64,000 nt of DNA from NCBI GenBank assembly GCA_964016885.1, contig OZ024744.1, positions 101,804,001-101,868,000 of the forward strand, given 5' to 3'. This DNA is from Eledone cirrhosa. Its lineage: Eukaryota. Positions 50,068 to 62,404 of this stretch are shown here, piece after piece (the first letter of the stretch is position 1; each line of letters opens with the position of its first letter). The notes beneath the pieces are model-generated. The model made no database searches, was not told the origin of the DNA, and saw only the letters and a program-made list of their open reading frames with translations. A program made the translations under genes and the position numbers.

Positions 50068-53000
50068 TGTTTATTGTTGGCTTTGTTTATTGTTGGTTTG
50101 TTTATTGTTGGCTTTATTTATTGTTGGTTTGTTTATCACTGGCTTTGTTTATTGTTGGTTTGTTTATTGTTGGCTTTGTTTATTGTTGGTTTATTTATTG
50201 TTGGCTTTGTTTATTGTTGGTTTGTTTATTGTTGGCTTTGTTTATTGTTGGTTTGTTTATTGTTTGCTTTGTTTATTGTTGGTTTATTTATTGTTGGCTT
50301 TGTTTATTGTTGGTTTGTTTATGTTGGCTTTGTTTATTGTTGGTTTGTTTATTGTTGGCTTTGTTTATTGTTGGTTTGTTTGTTGTTGGTTTGTTTATTG
50401 TTGGCTTTGTTTATTGTTGGTTTATTTATTGTTGGCTTTGTTTATTGTTTGTTTGTTTATTGCTGGTTTGTTTATTGTTGGTGTGTTTATTATTAGCTTT
50501 GTTTATTGTTGGCTTTGTTTATTGTTGGTATGTTTATTGTTGGTTTGTTTATTGTTGGCTTTGCTTATTATTGGCTTTATTAATGTTGGTTTGTTTATTG
50601 TTGGCTTTGTTTATTGTTGGTTTCTTTATTGATGGTTGTTTATTGTTGGTTTGTTTATTGTTGGCTTTGTTTATTTTTGGTTTGTTTATTACTGGCTTTG
50701 TTTATTGTTGGTTTGTTTATTGTTGGCTTTGTTTATTGTTGGTTTGTTTATTGTTGGTTTGTTTATTGTTGGTTTGTTTATTGCTGGCTTTGTTTAATGT
50801 TGGTTTGTTTATTGTTGGCTTTGTTTATTGTTGGATTAGTTTATTGTTGGTTTGTTTATTGTTGGCTTTGTCTATTATTGGTTTGTTTATTGTTGGCTTT
50901 TTTTATTGCGGGTTTGTTTATTGTTGGCTTTGTTTGTTTTTGGTTTGTTTATTGTTGGCTTTGTTTATCATTGGTTTGTTTATTATTGGCTTCGTTTATT
51001 GTTGGTTTGTTTACTGTTGGCTTTGTTTATTTTTGGTTTGTTTATTGTTGGCTTTGTTTATTGTTGGATTTGTTTCTTGTTGGTTTGTTTAATGTTGGCT
51101 TTGTTTATTGTTGGCGTTGTTTATTGTTGGCTTTGTTTATTGTTGGTTTGGTATTATTGGCTTTGTTTACTGTTGGTTTGCTTATTGGAGGCTTTGTTTA
51201 TTGATGGTTTTTTTATTGTTGGCTTTGTTTATTGTTGGTTTGTTTATTATTGGCTTGAATTATTGTTGGCTTGTTTATTGTTGGTTTGTTTATTGTTGGC
51301 TTTGTTTATTGTTGGTTTCTTTTTTGGTGGCTTTGTTTATTGTTGATTTGTTTATTGTTGGTTTGTTTATTGTTGGCTTTGTTTATTGTTGGTTTGTTTA
51401 TTGTTGGCCTTGTTTATTGTTGGTTTGTTTATTGTTGGTTTGTTTATTATTAGCTTTGTTTATTGTTGGTTTGTTTATTGTTGGTTTGTTTATTGTTGGC
51501 TTTGTTTATTGTTGGTTTGTTTATTGCTGGCTTTGTTTAATGATGGTTTGTATATTGTTGGCTTTTTATATTGTGGTTTGTTTATTGTTGGCTTTGTTTA
51601 TTTTTGGTTTGTTTATTGTTGGCTTTGTTTATTTTTGGTTTGTTTATTATTGGCTTTGTTTATTGTTGGTTTTGTTTATTTTTGGTTTGTTTATTGTTGG
51701 CTTTGTTTATTGTTGGATTTGTTTCTTGTTGGTTTGTTTATTGTTGGCTTTGTTTATTGTTGGCGTTGTTTATTGTTGGCTTTGTTTATTGTTGGTTTGG
51801 TATTATTGGCTTTGTTTAATGTTGGTTTGCTTATTGGTGGCTTTATTTATTGATGGTTTGTTTATTGTTGGCTTTGTTTATTGTTGGTTTGTTTATTATT
51901 GGCTTGACTTATTGTTGGCTTTTTTATTGTTGGTTTGTTTATTGTCGGCTTTGTTTATTGTTGGTTTCTTTATTGGTGGCTTTGTTTATTGTTGATTTGT
52001 TTATTGTTGGTTTGTTTATTGTTGGCTTTGTTTATTGTTGGTTTGTTTATTGCTGGCTTTGTTTATTGTTGGTTTGTTTATTGTTCGCTTTCTTTATTGT
52101 TGGTTTGTTTATTATTGACTTTGTTTATTGTTGGTTTGTTTATTGTTGGTTTTGTTTATTGTTGGCTTCGTTTATTGCTGGTTTGTTTATTGGTGGCTTT
52201 GTTTATTGTTGGTTTGTTTATTATTGGCTTTAATTATTGTTGGTTTGTCTATTGTTGGATTTGTTTATTGTTGGTTTGTTTATTGTTGGCTTTGTTTATT
52301 GTTGCTTTCTTTATTGTTGGTTTGTTTATTGTTGGCTTTGTTTATTGTTGGTTTGTTTATTATTGGCTTTGTTTATTGTTGGTTTGTTTATTATTTGCTT
52401 TGTTTATTGTTGGTTTGTTTATTGTTGGTTTTGTTTATTTTTGGGTTGTTTATTACTGGCTTTGTTTATTGTTGGTTTGTTTATTGTTGGCTTTGTTTAT
52501 TGTTGGTTTGTTTATTGTTAGCTTTGTTTATTGTTGGTTTGTTTATTGTTGGCTTTGTTTATTGTTGCTTTCTTTATTGTTGGTTGGTTTATTGTTGGCT
52601 TTGTTTATTGCTCGTTTGTTTATTGTTGGTTTGTTTATTGTTGGCTTTGTTTATTGTTGGTTTGTTTATTGTTGGCTTTGTTTATTGTTGGTTTGTTTAT
52701 TATTTGCTTTGTTTATTGTTGGTTTGTTTATTGTTGGCTTTGTTTATTGTTGGTTTGTTTATTGTTGGCTTTTTTTATTGTAGGTTTGTTTATTGTTCGC
52801 TTTCTTTATTGTTGGTTTGTTTATTATTGGCTTTGTTTATTGTTGGTTTCTTTATTGTTGGCTTTGTTTATTGTTGGTTTGTTTATTGTTGGCTTTGTTT
52901 ATTGTTGGCTTTGTTTATTGTTGGTTTGTTTATTGTTGGCTTTGTTTATTGTTGGTTTGCTTATTGGTGGCTTTGTTTATTGTTGCTTTGTTTATTGTTG

Positions 53001-54949
53001 GCTTTGTTAATTGTTGGTTTATTTATTATTGGCTTTAATTATTGTTGGTTTGTCTATTGTTGGCTTTGTTTATTGTTGGTTTGTTTATTGTTGGCTTTGT
53101 GTATTATTGGCTTTGTTTATTGTTGGTTTGTTTATTGTTGCTTTGTTTATTGTTGGTTTGTTTATTGTTGGTTTGTTTATTGTTGGTTTGTTTATTGTAG
53201 GCTTTGTTTAATGTTGGTTCGTTTATTGTTGGTTTCTTTATTTTTGGTTTGTTTTTTATTAGTTTGTTTATTGTTGTCTTTGTTTATTTTTGGTTTGTTT
53301 ATTGTTGGCTTTGTTTATTGTTGGTTTGTTTATTATTGGCTTTGTTTATTTTTGTTTTGTTTATTGTTGGCTTTGTATATTTTTGGTTTGTTTACATACT
53401 GGCTTTGTTTATTGTTGGTTTGTTAATTGTTGGTTTTGTTTATAGTTGGTTTGTTTATTGTTGGTTTGTTTATTATTGGCTTTGTTTATTCTTCGTTTGT
53501 TTATTGCTGGCTTTGTTTAATGTTAGTTTGTTTATTGTTGGCTTTGTTTATTTTTTGTTTGTTTATTGTTGGCTTTGTTTATTGTTGGTTTGTTTATTGT
53601 TCGCTTTCTTTATTGTTGGTTTGTTTATTATTGGCTTTGTTTATTGTTGGTTTGTTTATTGTTGGCTTTGTTTATTGTTGGTTTGTTTATTGTTGGCTTT
53701 GTTTATTGCTGGTTTGTTTATTGGTGGCTTTGTTTATTGTTGGTTTGTTTATTGTTGGCTTTGTTTATTGTTGGCTTTGTTTATTGTTGGTTTGTTTATT
53801 ATTGGCTTTGTTTATTGTTGTTTTGCTTATTTGTGGCTTTGTTCATTGTTGGTTTGTTTATTGTTGGCTTTGTTTATTGTTGGTTTGTTTATTATTGGCT
53901 TTAATTATTGTTGGTTTGTCTATTGTTGGTTTTGTTTATTGTTGGTTAGTTTATTGTTGGCTTTGTTTATTGTTGGTTTGTTTATTGTTGGCTTTGTTTA
54001 TTATGGGTTTGTTTATCGTTGGCTTTTTTTATTGTTGGTTTGTTTATTGTTGGCTTTGTTTATTGTTCGTTTGTTTATTGTTGGTTTGTTTATTGTTGGC
54101 TTTGTTTATTGTTGGTTTGTTTATTGTTGGCTTTGTTTATTGTTGGTTTGTTTATTATTTGCTTTGTTTATTGTTGGTTTGTTTATTGTTGGCTTTGTTT
54201 ATTTTTGGTTTGTTTATTACTGGCTTTGTTTATTGTTGGTTTGTTTATTGTCGGCTTTGTTTATTGTTGGTTTGTTTATTGTTGGCTTTGTTTATTGTTG
54301 GGTTTTTTATTGCAGGCTTTGTTTAATGTTGGTTTATTTTATTGTTGGCTTTGTTTATTTTTGGTTCCTTTATTGTTGGCTTTGTTTATTGTTGGTTCGT
54401 TTATTGTTGGCTTTGTTTATTGTTGGTTTGTTTATTGTTGGCTTTTTTATTGTTGGTTTGTTTATTGTTGGCTTTGTTTATTGTTGGTTTGTTTATTATT
54501 GGCTTTGTTTATTGTTGGTTTCTTTATTGTTGGCTTTGTTTATTGATGGTTTGTTTATTGTTGGCTTTGTTTATTGTTGGTTTGTTTATTGGTGGCTTTG
54601 TTTATTGTTGGTTTGTTTATTGTTGGCTTTGTTTATTGTTGGCTTTGTTTATTGATGGCTTTGTTTATTGTTGATTTGTTTATTGTTGGTTTGTTTATTG
54701 TTGGTTTGTTTATTGTTGGCTTTGTTTATTGTTGGTTTCTTTATTGTTGGTTTTGTTTATTGTTGGTTTGTTTATCGTTAGCTTTGTTTAATGTTCGTTT
54801 ATTTATTGTTAGTTTTGTTTATTGTTGGTTTCTTTATTGTTGGCTTTGTTTATTGTTGGTTTGTTTATTATTGGCTTTGTTTATTGTTGGTTTGTTTATT
54901 ATTGGCTTTTTTATTGCTGGTTTGTTTATCGTTGGCTTTGTTTACTGTT
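50068..54949 (+). repeat. 15/16-bp satellite array 7
   Basis: Continuous tandem monomers. Confidence 0.98.
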
Positions 54950-56111
54950 GTCAGTCAGTCTAATTATTTACTGTCTATAGTTAGTCTAATACTTTACAGT
55001 CTATAGTTAGTCTAATACTTTACAGTTTATAGTTAGTCTAATACTTTACTGTCTATAGTTAGTCTAATACTTTACAGCCTATAGTTAGTCTAATACTTTA
55101 CTGTCTTATGAGAAGCTAAATATTATGGGCTTATAAGAAGCTAAGTATTATGGTCTTATGACAAGCTAAATATGGCCTTATGAGCTGCTAAATATGGTTT
55201 TATGAGAAGATAAATATTGTGGTCTTATGAGAAGATAAATATGGTTTTTATGAGAAACTAAATATTATGGTCTTATGAAAACTTAAATACTTATGAGAAG
55301 TTAAATATTATGGTCTTATGAGAAACTAAATATGGTCTTATGTAAATTAAGATATGGTCTTATGAGAAGCTAAATACAGTTTTCTTATGAGAAGCTAAAT
55401 ATGGTCTTATGACAAGTTAAATCCAACCTTATGAGAAACTAAGCATTATGGTCTCAGAAGCTAAATATTATGCCTGTATTAGAAGTTAAATATGGTCTTA
55501 TGTGAAGCTAAATATTGTATCATTATGAATGGCTAAATCTGTGGAGGGCGGTGGATTGGCAGTATCGGTAGAGGGTCGGCCGCCATGCTTTCCAGCATAG
55601 TTACGTCCCTTTACGATCTGAGTTCAAATCCCGCCGAGGTTGACTTTGCCTTTCATCCTTACGGGGTCGATAAAATAAAGTACCAGTAATGCACTGGATA
55701 ATTGCTGGCCTTGTGCCTAAAGTAGAAACAATAATGAATGGCTAAATCTGGTCTTATGAGAAGTTAAAAGTTATAGTCTTATGAGAAGTTGAAAATTGTG
55801 GTCTTATGAGAAGTTAAACATTATTGTCTTATAAGAAGCTAATTATAGTCTTATGCAGAACTAAATATGGTTTTATTGGAAGCTAGATAATACGGTCTTA
55901 TGAGAAGCTAAATATTATGCTATTATTAGAAGTTGAATATTAGGGTCTTGTGAGCATCTAAACATTATGGTCTTAACAGTAGCTCAATAATATGGTCTTG
56001 TGAGAAGCTGAATATTATTGTCTTATAGGAAGCTAAATATTATGGTCTTATGAGAAACTAAATATGGTCTTATTAGAAGCCTAATATTATGGTCTTATGA
56101 GAAGATAATTA
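54950..56111 (+). repeat. Cassette copy 8 (1162 bp)
   Basis: Five 26-bp units; 3-bp TAT deletion and GAGCTGCT variant shared with copy 9. Confidence 0.95.
55542..55733 (+). mobile_element. tRNA-derived SINE, copy 8
   Basis: Same element and TSD. Confidence 0.88.
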
Positions 56112-59100
56112 TGTTTATTGTTGGCTTTGTTTATTGTTGGTTTGTTTATTGTTGGCTTTATTTATTGTTGGTTTGTTTATCACTGGCTTTGTTTATTGTT
56201 GGTTTGTTTATTGTTGGCTTTGTTTATTGTTGGTTTATTTATTGTTGGCTTTGTTTATTGTTGGTTTGTTTATTGTTGGCTTTGTTTATTGTTGGTTTGT
56301 TTATTGTTTGCTTTGTTTATTGTTGGTTTATTTATTGTTGGCTTTGTTTATTGTTGGTTTGTTTATGTTGGCTTTGTTTATTGTTGGTTTGTTTATTGTT
56401 GGCTTTGTTTATTGTTGGTTTGTTTGTTGTTGGTTTGTTTATTGTTGGCTTTGTTTATTGTTGGTTTATTTATTGTTGGCTTTGTTTATTGTTTGTTTGT
56501 TTATTGCTGGTTTGTTTATTGTTGGTGTGTTTATTATTAGCTTTGTTTATTGTTGGCTTTGTTTATTGTTGGTATGTTTATTGTTGGTTTGTTTATTGTT
56601 GGCTTTGCTTATTATTGGCTTTATTAATGTTGGTTTGTTTATTGTTGGCTTTGTTTATTGTTGGTTTGTTTATTGATGGTTTGTTTATTGTTGGTTTGTT
56701 TATTGTTGGCTTTGTTTATTTTTGGTTTGTTTATTACTGGCTTTGTTTATTGTTGGTTTGTTTATTGTTGGCTTTGTTTATTGTTGGTTTGTTTATTGTT
56801 GGTTTGTTTATTGTTGGTTTGTTTATTGCTGGCTTTGTTTAATGTTGGTTTGTTTATTGTTGGCTTTGTTTATTGTTGGATTAGTTTATTGTTGGTTTGT
56901 TTATTGTTGGCTTTGTCTATTATTGGTTTGTTTATTGTTGGCTTTTTTTATTGCGGGTTTGTTTATTGTTGGCTTTGTTTGTTTTTGGTTTGTTTATTGT
57001 TGGCTTTGTTTATCATTGGTTTGTTTATTATTGGCTTCGTTTATTGTTGGTTTGTTTACTGTTGGCTTTGTTTATTTTTGGTTTGTTTATTGTTGGCTTT
57101 GTTTATTGTTGGATTTGTTTCTTGTTGGTTTGTTTAATGTTGGCTTTGTTTATTGTTGGCGTTGTTTATTGTTGGCTTTGTTTATTGTTGGTTTGGTATT
57201 ATTGGCTTTGTTTACTGTTGGTTTGCTTATTGGAGGCTTTGTTTATTGATGGTTTTTTTATTGTTGGCTTTGTTTATTGTTGGTTTGTTTATTATTGGCT
57301 TGAATTATTGTTGGCTTGTTTATTGTTGGTTTGTTTATTGTTGGCTTTGTTTATTGTTGGTTTCTTTTTTGGTGGCTTTGTTTATTGTTGATTTGTTTAT
57401 TGTTGGTTTGTTTATTGTTGGCTTTGTTTATTGTTGGTTTGTTTATTGTTGGCCTTGTTTATTGTTGGTTTGTTTATTGTTGGTTTGTTTATTATTAGCT
57501 TTGTTTATTGTTGGTTTGTTTATTGTTGGTTTGTTTATTGTTGGCTTTGTTTATTGTTGGTTTGTTTATTGCTGGCTTTGTTTAATGATGGTTTGTATAT
57601 TGTTGGCTTTTTATATTGTGGTTTGTTTATTGTTGGCTTTGTTTATTTTTGGTTTGTTTATTGTTGGCTTTGTTTATTTTTGGTTTGTTTATTATTGGCT
57701 TTGTTTATTGTTGGCTTTGTTTATTTTTGGTTTGTTTATTGTTGGCTTTGTTTATTGTTGGATTTGTTTCTTGTTGGTTTGTTTATTGTTGGCTTTGTTT
57801 ATTGTTGGCGTTGTTTATTGTTGGCTTTGTTTATTGTTGGTTTGGTATTATTGGCTTTGTTTAATGTTGGTTTGCTTATTGGTGGCTTTATTTATTGATG
57901 GTTTGTTTATTGTTGGCTTTGTTTATTGTTGGTTTGTTTATTATTGGCTTGACTTATTGTTGGCTTTTTTATTGTTGGTTTGTTTATTGTCGGCTTTGTT
58001 TATTGTTGGTTTCTTTATTGGTGGCTTTGTTTATTGTTGATTTGTTTATTGTTGGTTTGTTTATTGTTGGCTTTGTTTATTGTTGGTTTGTTTATTGTTG
58101 GTTTTGTTTATTGTTGGCTTCGTTTATTGCTGGTTTGTTTATTGGTGGCTTTGTTTATTGTTGGTTTGTTTATTATTGGCTTTAATTATTGTTGGTTTGT
58201 CTATTGTTGGATTTGTTTATTGTTGGTTTGTTTATTGTTGGCTTTGTTTATTGTTGCTTTCTTTATTGTTGGTTTGTTTATTGTTGGCTTTGTTTATTGT
58301 TGGTTTGTTTATTATTGGCTTTGTTTATTGTTGGTTTGTTTATTATTTGCTTTGTTTATTGTTGGTTTGTTTATTGTTGGTTTTGTTTATTTTTGGGTTG
58401 TTTATTACTGGCTTTGTTTATTGTTGGTTTGTTTATTGTTGGCTTTGTTTATTGTTGGTTTGTTTATTGTTAGCTTTGTTTATTGTTGGTTTGTTTATTG
58501 TTGGCTTTGTTTATTGTTGCTTTCTTTATTGTTGGTTGGTTTATTGTTGGCTTTGTTTATTGCTCGTTTGTTTATTGTTGGTTTGTTTATTGTTGGCTTT
58601 GTTTATTGTTGGTTTGTTTATTGTTGGCTTTGTTTATTGTTGGTTTGTTTATTATTTGCTTTGTTTATTGTTGGTTTGTTTATTGTTGGCTTTGTTTATT
58701 GTTGGTTTGTTTATTGTTGGCTTTTTTTATTGTAGGTTTGTTTATTGTTCGCTTTCTTTATTGTTGGTTTGTTTATTATTGGCTTTGTTTATTGTTGGTT
58801 TCTTTATTGTTGGCTTTGTTTATTGTTGGTTTGTTTATTGTTGGCTTTGTTAATTGTTGGTTTGTTTATTGGTGGCTTTGTTTATTGTTGGTTTGTTTAT
58901 TGTTGGCTTTGTTTATTGTTGGCTTTGTTTATTGTTGGTTTGTTTATTGTTGGCTTTGTTTATTGTTGGTTTGCTTATTGGTGGCTTTGTTTATTGTTGC
59001 TTTGTTTATTGTTGGCTTTGTTAATTGTTGGTTTATTTATTATTGGCTTTAATTATTGTTGGTTTGTCTATTGTTGGCTTTGTTTATTGTTGGTTTGTTT

Positions 59101-61242
59101 ATTGTTGGCTTTGTGTATTATTGGCTTTGTTTATTGTTGGTTTGTTTATTGTTGCTTTGTTTATTGTTGGTTTGTTTATTGTTGGTTTGTTTATTGTTGG
59201 TTTGTTTATTGTTGGTTTGTTTATTGTAGGCTTTGTTTAATGTTGGTTCGTTTATTGTTGGTTTCTTTATTTTTGGTTTGTTTTTTATTAGTTTGTTTAT
59301 TGTTGTCTTTGTTTATTTTTGGTTTGTTTATTGTTGGCTTTGTTTATTGTTGGTTTGTTTATTATTGGCTTTGTTTATTTTTGTTTTGTTTATTGTTGGC
59401 TTTGTATATTTTTGGTTTGTTTACATACTGGCTTTGTTTATTGTTGGTTTGTTTATTGTTGGTTTTGTTTATAGTTGGTTTGTTTATTGTTGGTTTGTTT
59501 ATTATTGGCTTTGTTTATTCTTCGTTTGTTTATTGCTGGCTTTGTTTAATGTTAGTTTGTTTATTGTTGGCTTTGTTTATTTTTTGTTTGTTTATTGTTG
59601 GCTTTGTTTATTGTTGGTTTGTTTATTATTGGCTTTGTTTATTTTTGTTTTATTTATTGTTGGCTTTGTATATTTTTGGTTTGTTTACATACTGGCTTTG
59701 TTTATTGTTGGTTTGTTTATTGTTGGTTTTGTTTATAGTTGGTTTGTTTATTGTTGGTTTGTTTATTATTGGCTTTGTTTATTCTTCGTTTGTTTATTGC
59801 TGGCTTTGTTTAATGTTAGTTTGTTTATTGTTGGCTTTGTTTATTTTTTGTTTGTTTATTGTTGGCTTTGTTTATTGTTGGTTTGTTTATTGTTCGCTTT
59901 CTTTATTGTTGGTTTGTTTATTATTGGCTTTGTTTATTGTTGGTTTGTTTATTGTTGGCTTTGTTTATTGTTGGTTTGTTTATTGTTGGCTTTGTTTATT
60001 GCTGGTTTGTTTATTGGTGGCTTTGTTTATTGTTGGTTTGTTTATTGTTGGCTTTGTTTATTGTTGGCTTTGTTTATTGTTGGTTTGTTTATTATTGGCT
60101 TTGTTTATTGTTGTTTTGCTTATTTGTGGCTTTGTTCATTGTTGGTTTGTTTATTGTTGGCTTTGTTTATTGTTGGTTTGTTTATTATTGGCTTTAATTA
60201 TTGTTGGTTTGTCTATTGTTGGTTTTGTTTATTGTTGGTTAGTTTATTGTTGGCTTTGTTTATTGTTGGTTTGTTTATTGTTGGCTTTGTTTATTATGGG
60301 TTTGTTTATCGTTGGCTTTTTTTATTGTTGGTTTGTTTATTGTTGGCTTTGTTTATTGTTCGTTTGTTTATTGTTGGTTTGTTTATTGTTGGCTTTGTTT
60401 ATTGTTGGTTTGTTTATTGTTGGCTTTGTTTATTGTTGGTTTGTTTATTATTTGCTTTGTTTATTGTTGGTTTGTTTATTGTTGGCTTTGTTTATTTTTG
60501 GTTTGTTTATTACTGGCTTTGTTTATTGTTGGTTTGTTTATTGTCGGCTTTGTTTATTGTTGGTTTGTTTATTGTTGGCTTTGTTTATTGTTGGGTTTTT
60601 TATTGCAGGCTTTGTTTAATGTTGGTTTATTTTATTGTTGGCTTTGTTTATTTTTGGTTCCTTTATTGTTGGCTTTGTTTATTGTTGGTTCGTTTATTGT
60701 TGGCTTTGTTTATTGTTGGTTTGTTTATTGTTGGCTTTTTTATTGTTGGTTTGTTTATTGTTGGCTTTGTTTATTGTTGGTTTGTTTATTATTGGCTTTG
60801 TTTATTGTTGGTTTCTTTATTGTTGGCTTTGTTTATTGATGGTTTGTTTATTGTTGGCTTTGTTTATTGTTGGTTTGTTTATTGGTGGCTTTGTTTATTG
60901 TTGGTTTGTTTATTGTTGGCTTTGTTTATTGTTGGCTTTGTTTATTGATGGCTTTGTTTATTGTTGATTTGTTTATTGTTGGTTTGTTTATTGTTGGTTT
61001 GTTTATTGTTGGCTTTGTTTATTGTTGGTTTCTTTATTGTTGGTTTTGTTTATTGTTGGTTTGTTTATCGTTAGCTTTGTTTAATGTTCGTTTATTTATT
61101 GTTAGTTTTGTTTATTGTTGGTTTCTTTATTGTTGGCTTTGTTTATTGTTGGTTTGTTTATTATTGGCTTTGTTTATTGTTGGTTTGTTTATTATTGGCT
61201 TTTTTATTGCTGGTTTGTTTATCGTTGGCTTTGTTTACTGTT
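56112..61242 (+). repeat. 15/16-bp satellite array 8
   Basis: Continuous tandem monomers; parallels array 7 and has an extra 264-bp duplication. Confidence 0.98.
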
Positions 61243-62404
61243 GTCAGTCAGTCTAATTATTTACTGTCTATAGTTAGTCTAATACTTTACAGTCTATAGT
61301 TAGTCTAATACTTTACAGTTTATAGTTAGTCTAATACTTTACTGTCTATAGTTAGTCTAATACTTTACAGCCTATAGTTAGTCTAATACTTTACTGTCTT
61401 ATGAGAAGCTAAATATTATGGGCTTATAAGAAGCTAAGTATTATGGTCTTATGACAAGCTAAATATGGCCTTATGAGCTGCTAAATATGGTCTTATGAGA
61501 AGATAAATATTGTGGTCTTATGAGAAGATAAATATGGTTTTTATGAGAAACTAAATATTATGGTCTTATGAAAACTTAAATACTTATGAGAAGTTAAATA
61601 TTATGGTCTTATGAGAAGCTAAATATGGTCTTATGTAAATTAAGATATGGTCTTATGAGAAGCTAAATACAGTTTTCTTATGAGAAGCTAAATATGGTCT
61701 TATGACAAGTTAAATCCAACCTTATGAGAAACTAAACATTATGGTCTCAGAAGCTAAATATTATGCCTGTATTAGAAGTTAAATATGGTCTTATGTGAAG
61801 CTAAATATTGTATCATTATGAATGGCTAAATCTGTGGAGGGCGGTGGATTGGCAGTATCGGTAGAGGGTCGGCCGCCATGCTTTCCAGCATAGTTACGTC
61901 CCTTTACGATCTGAGTTCAAATCCCACCGAGGTTGACTTTGCCTTTCATCCTTACGGGGTCGATAAAATAAAGTACCAGTAATGCACTGGATAATTGCTG
62001 GCCTTGTGCCTAAAGTAGAAACAATAATGAATGGCTAAATCTGGTCTTATGAGAAGTTAAAAGTTATAGTCTTATGAGAAGTTGAAAATTGTGGTCTTAT
62101 GAGAAGTTAAACATTATTGTCTTATAAGAAGCTAATTATAGTCTTATGCAGAACTAAATATGGTTTTATTGGAAGCTAGATAATACGGTCTTATGAGAAG
62201 CTAAATATTATGCTATTATTAGAAGTTGAATATTAGGGTCTTGTGAGCATCTAAACATTATGGTCTTAACAGTAGCTCAATAATATGGTCTTGTGAGAAG
62301 CTGAATATTATTGTCTTATAGGAAGCTAAATATTATGGTCTTATGAGAAACTAAATATGGTCTTATTAGAAGCTTAATATTATGGTCTTATGAGAAGATA
62401 ATTA
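61243..62404 (+). repeat. Cassette copy 9 (1162 bp)
   Basis: Groups with copy 8. Confidence 0.95.
61835..62026 (+). mobile_element. tRNA-derived SINE, copy 9
   Basis: Same element and TSD; G>A at 61926 (CCCGCC>CCCACC) just after the B box. Confidence 0.88.

Noticed and set aside
6182-62404. The ~1.1 kb cassette as an independently inserting mobile element targeting the satellite
   Set aside because: All copies share the same orientation and the same upstream variant monomers (TATCGTTAGC, AATGTTCG, TTTACTGTTG), with no TIRs or copy-specific TSDs. This indicates co-amplification with the flanks.
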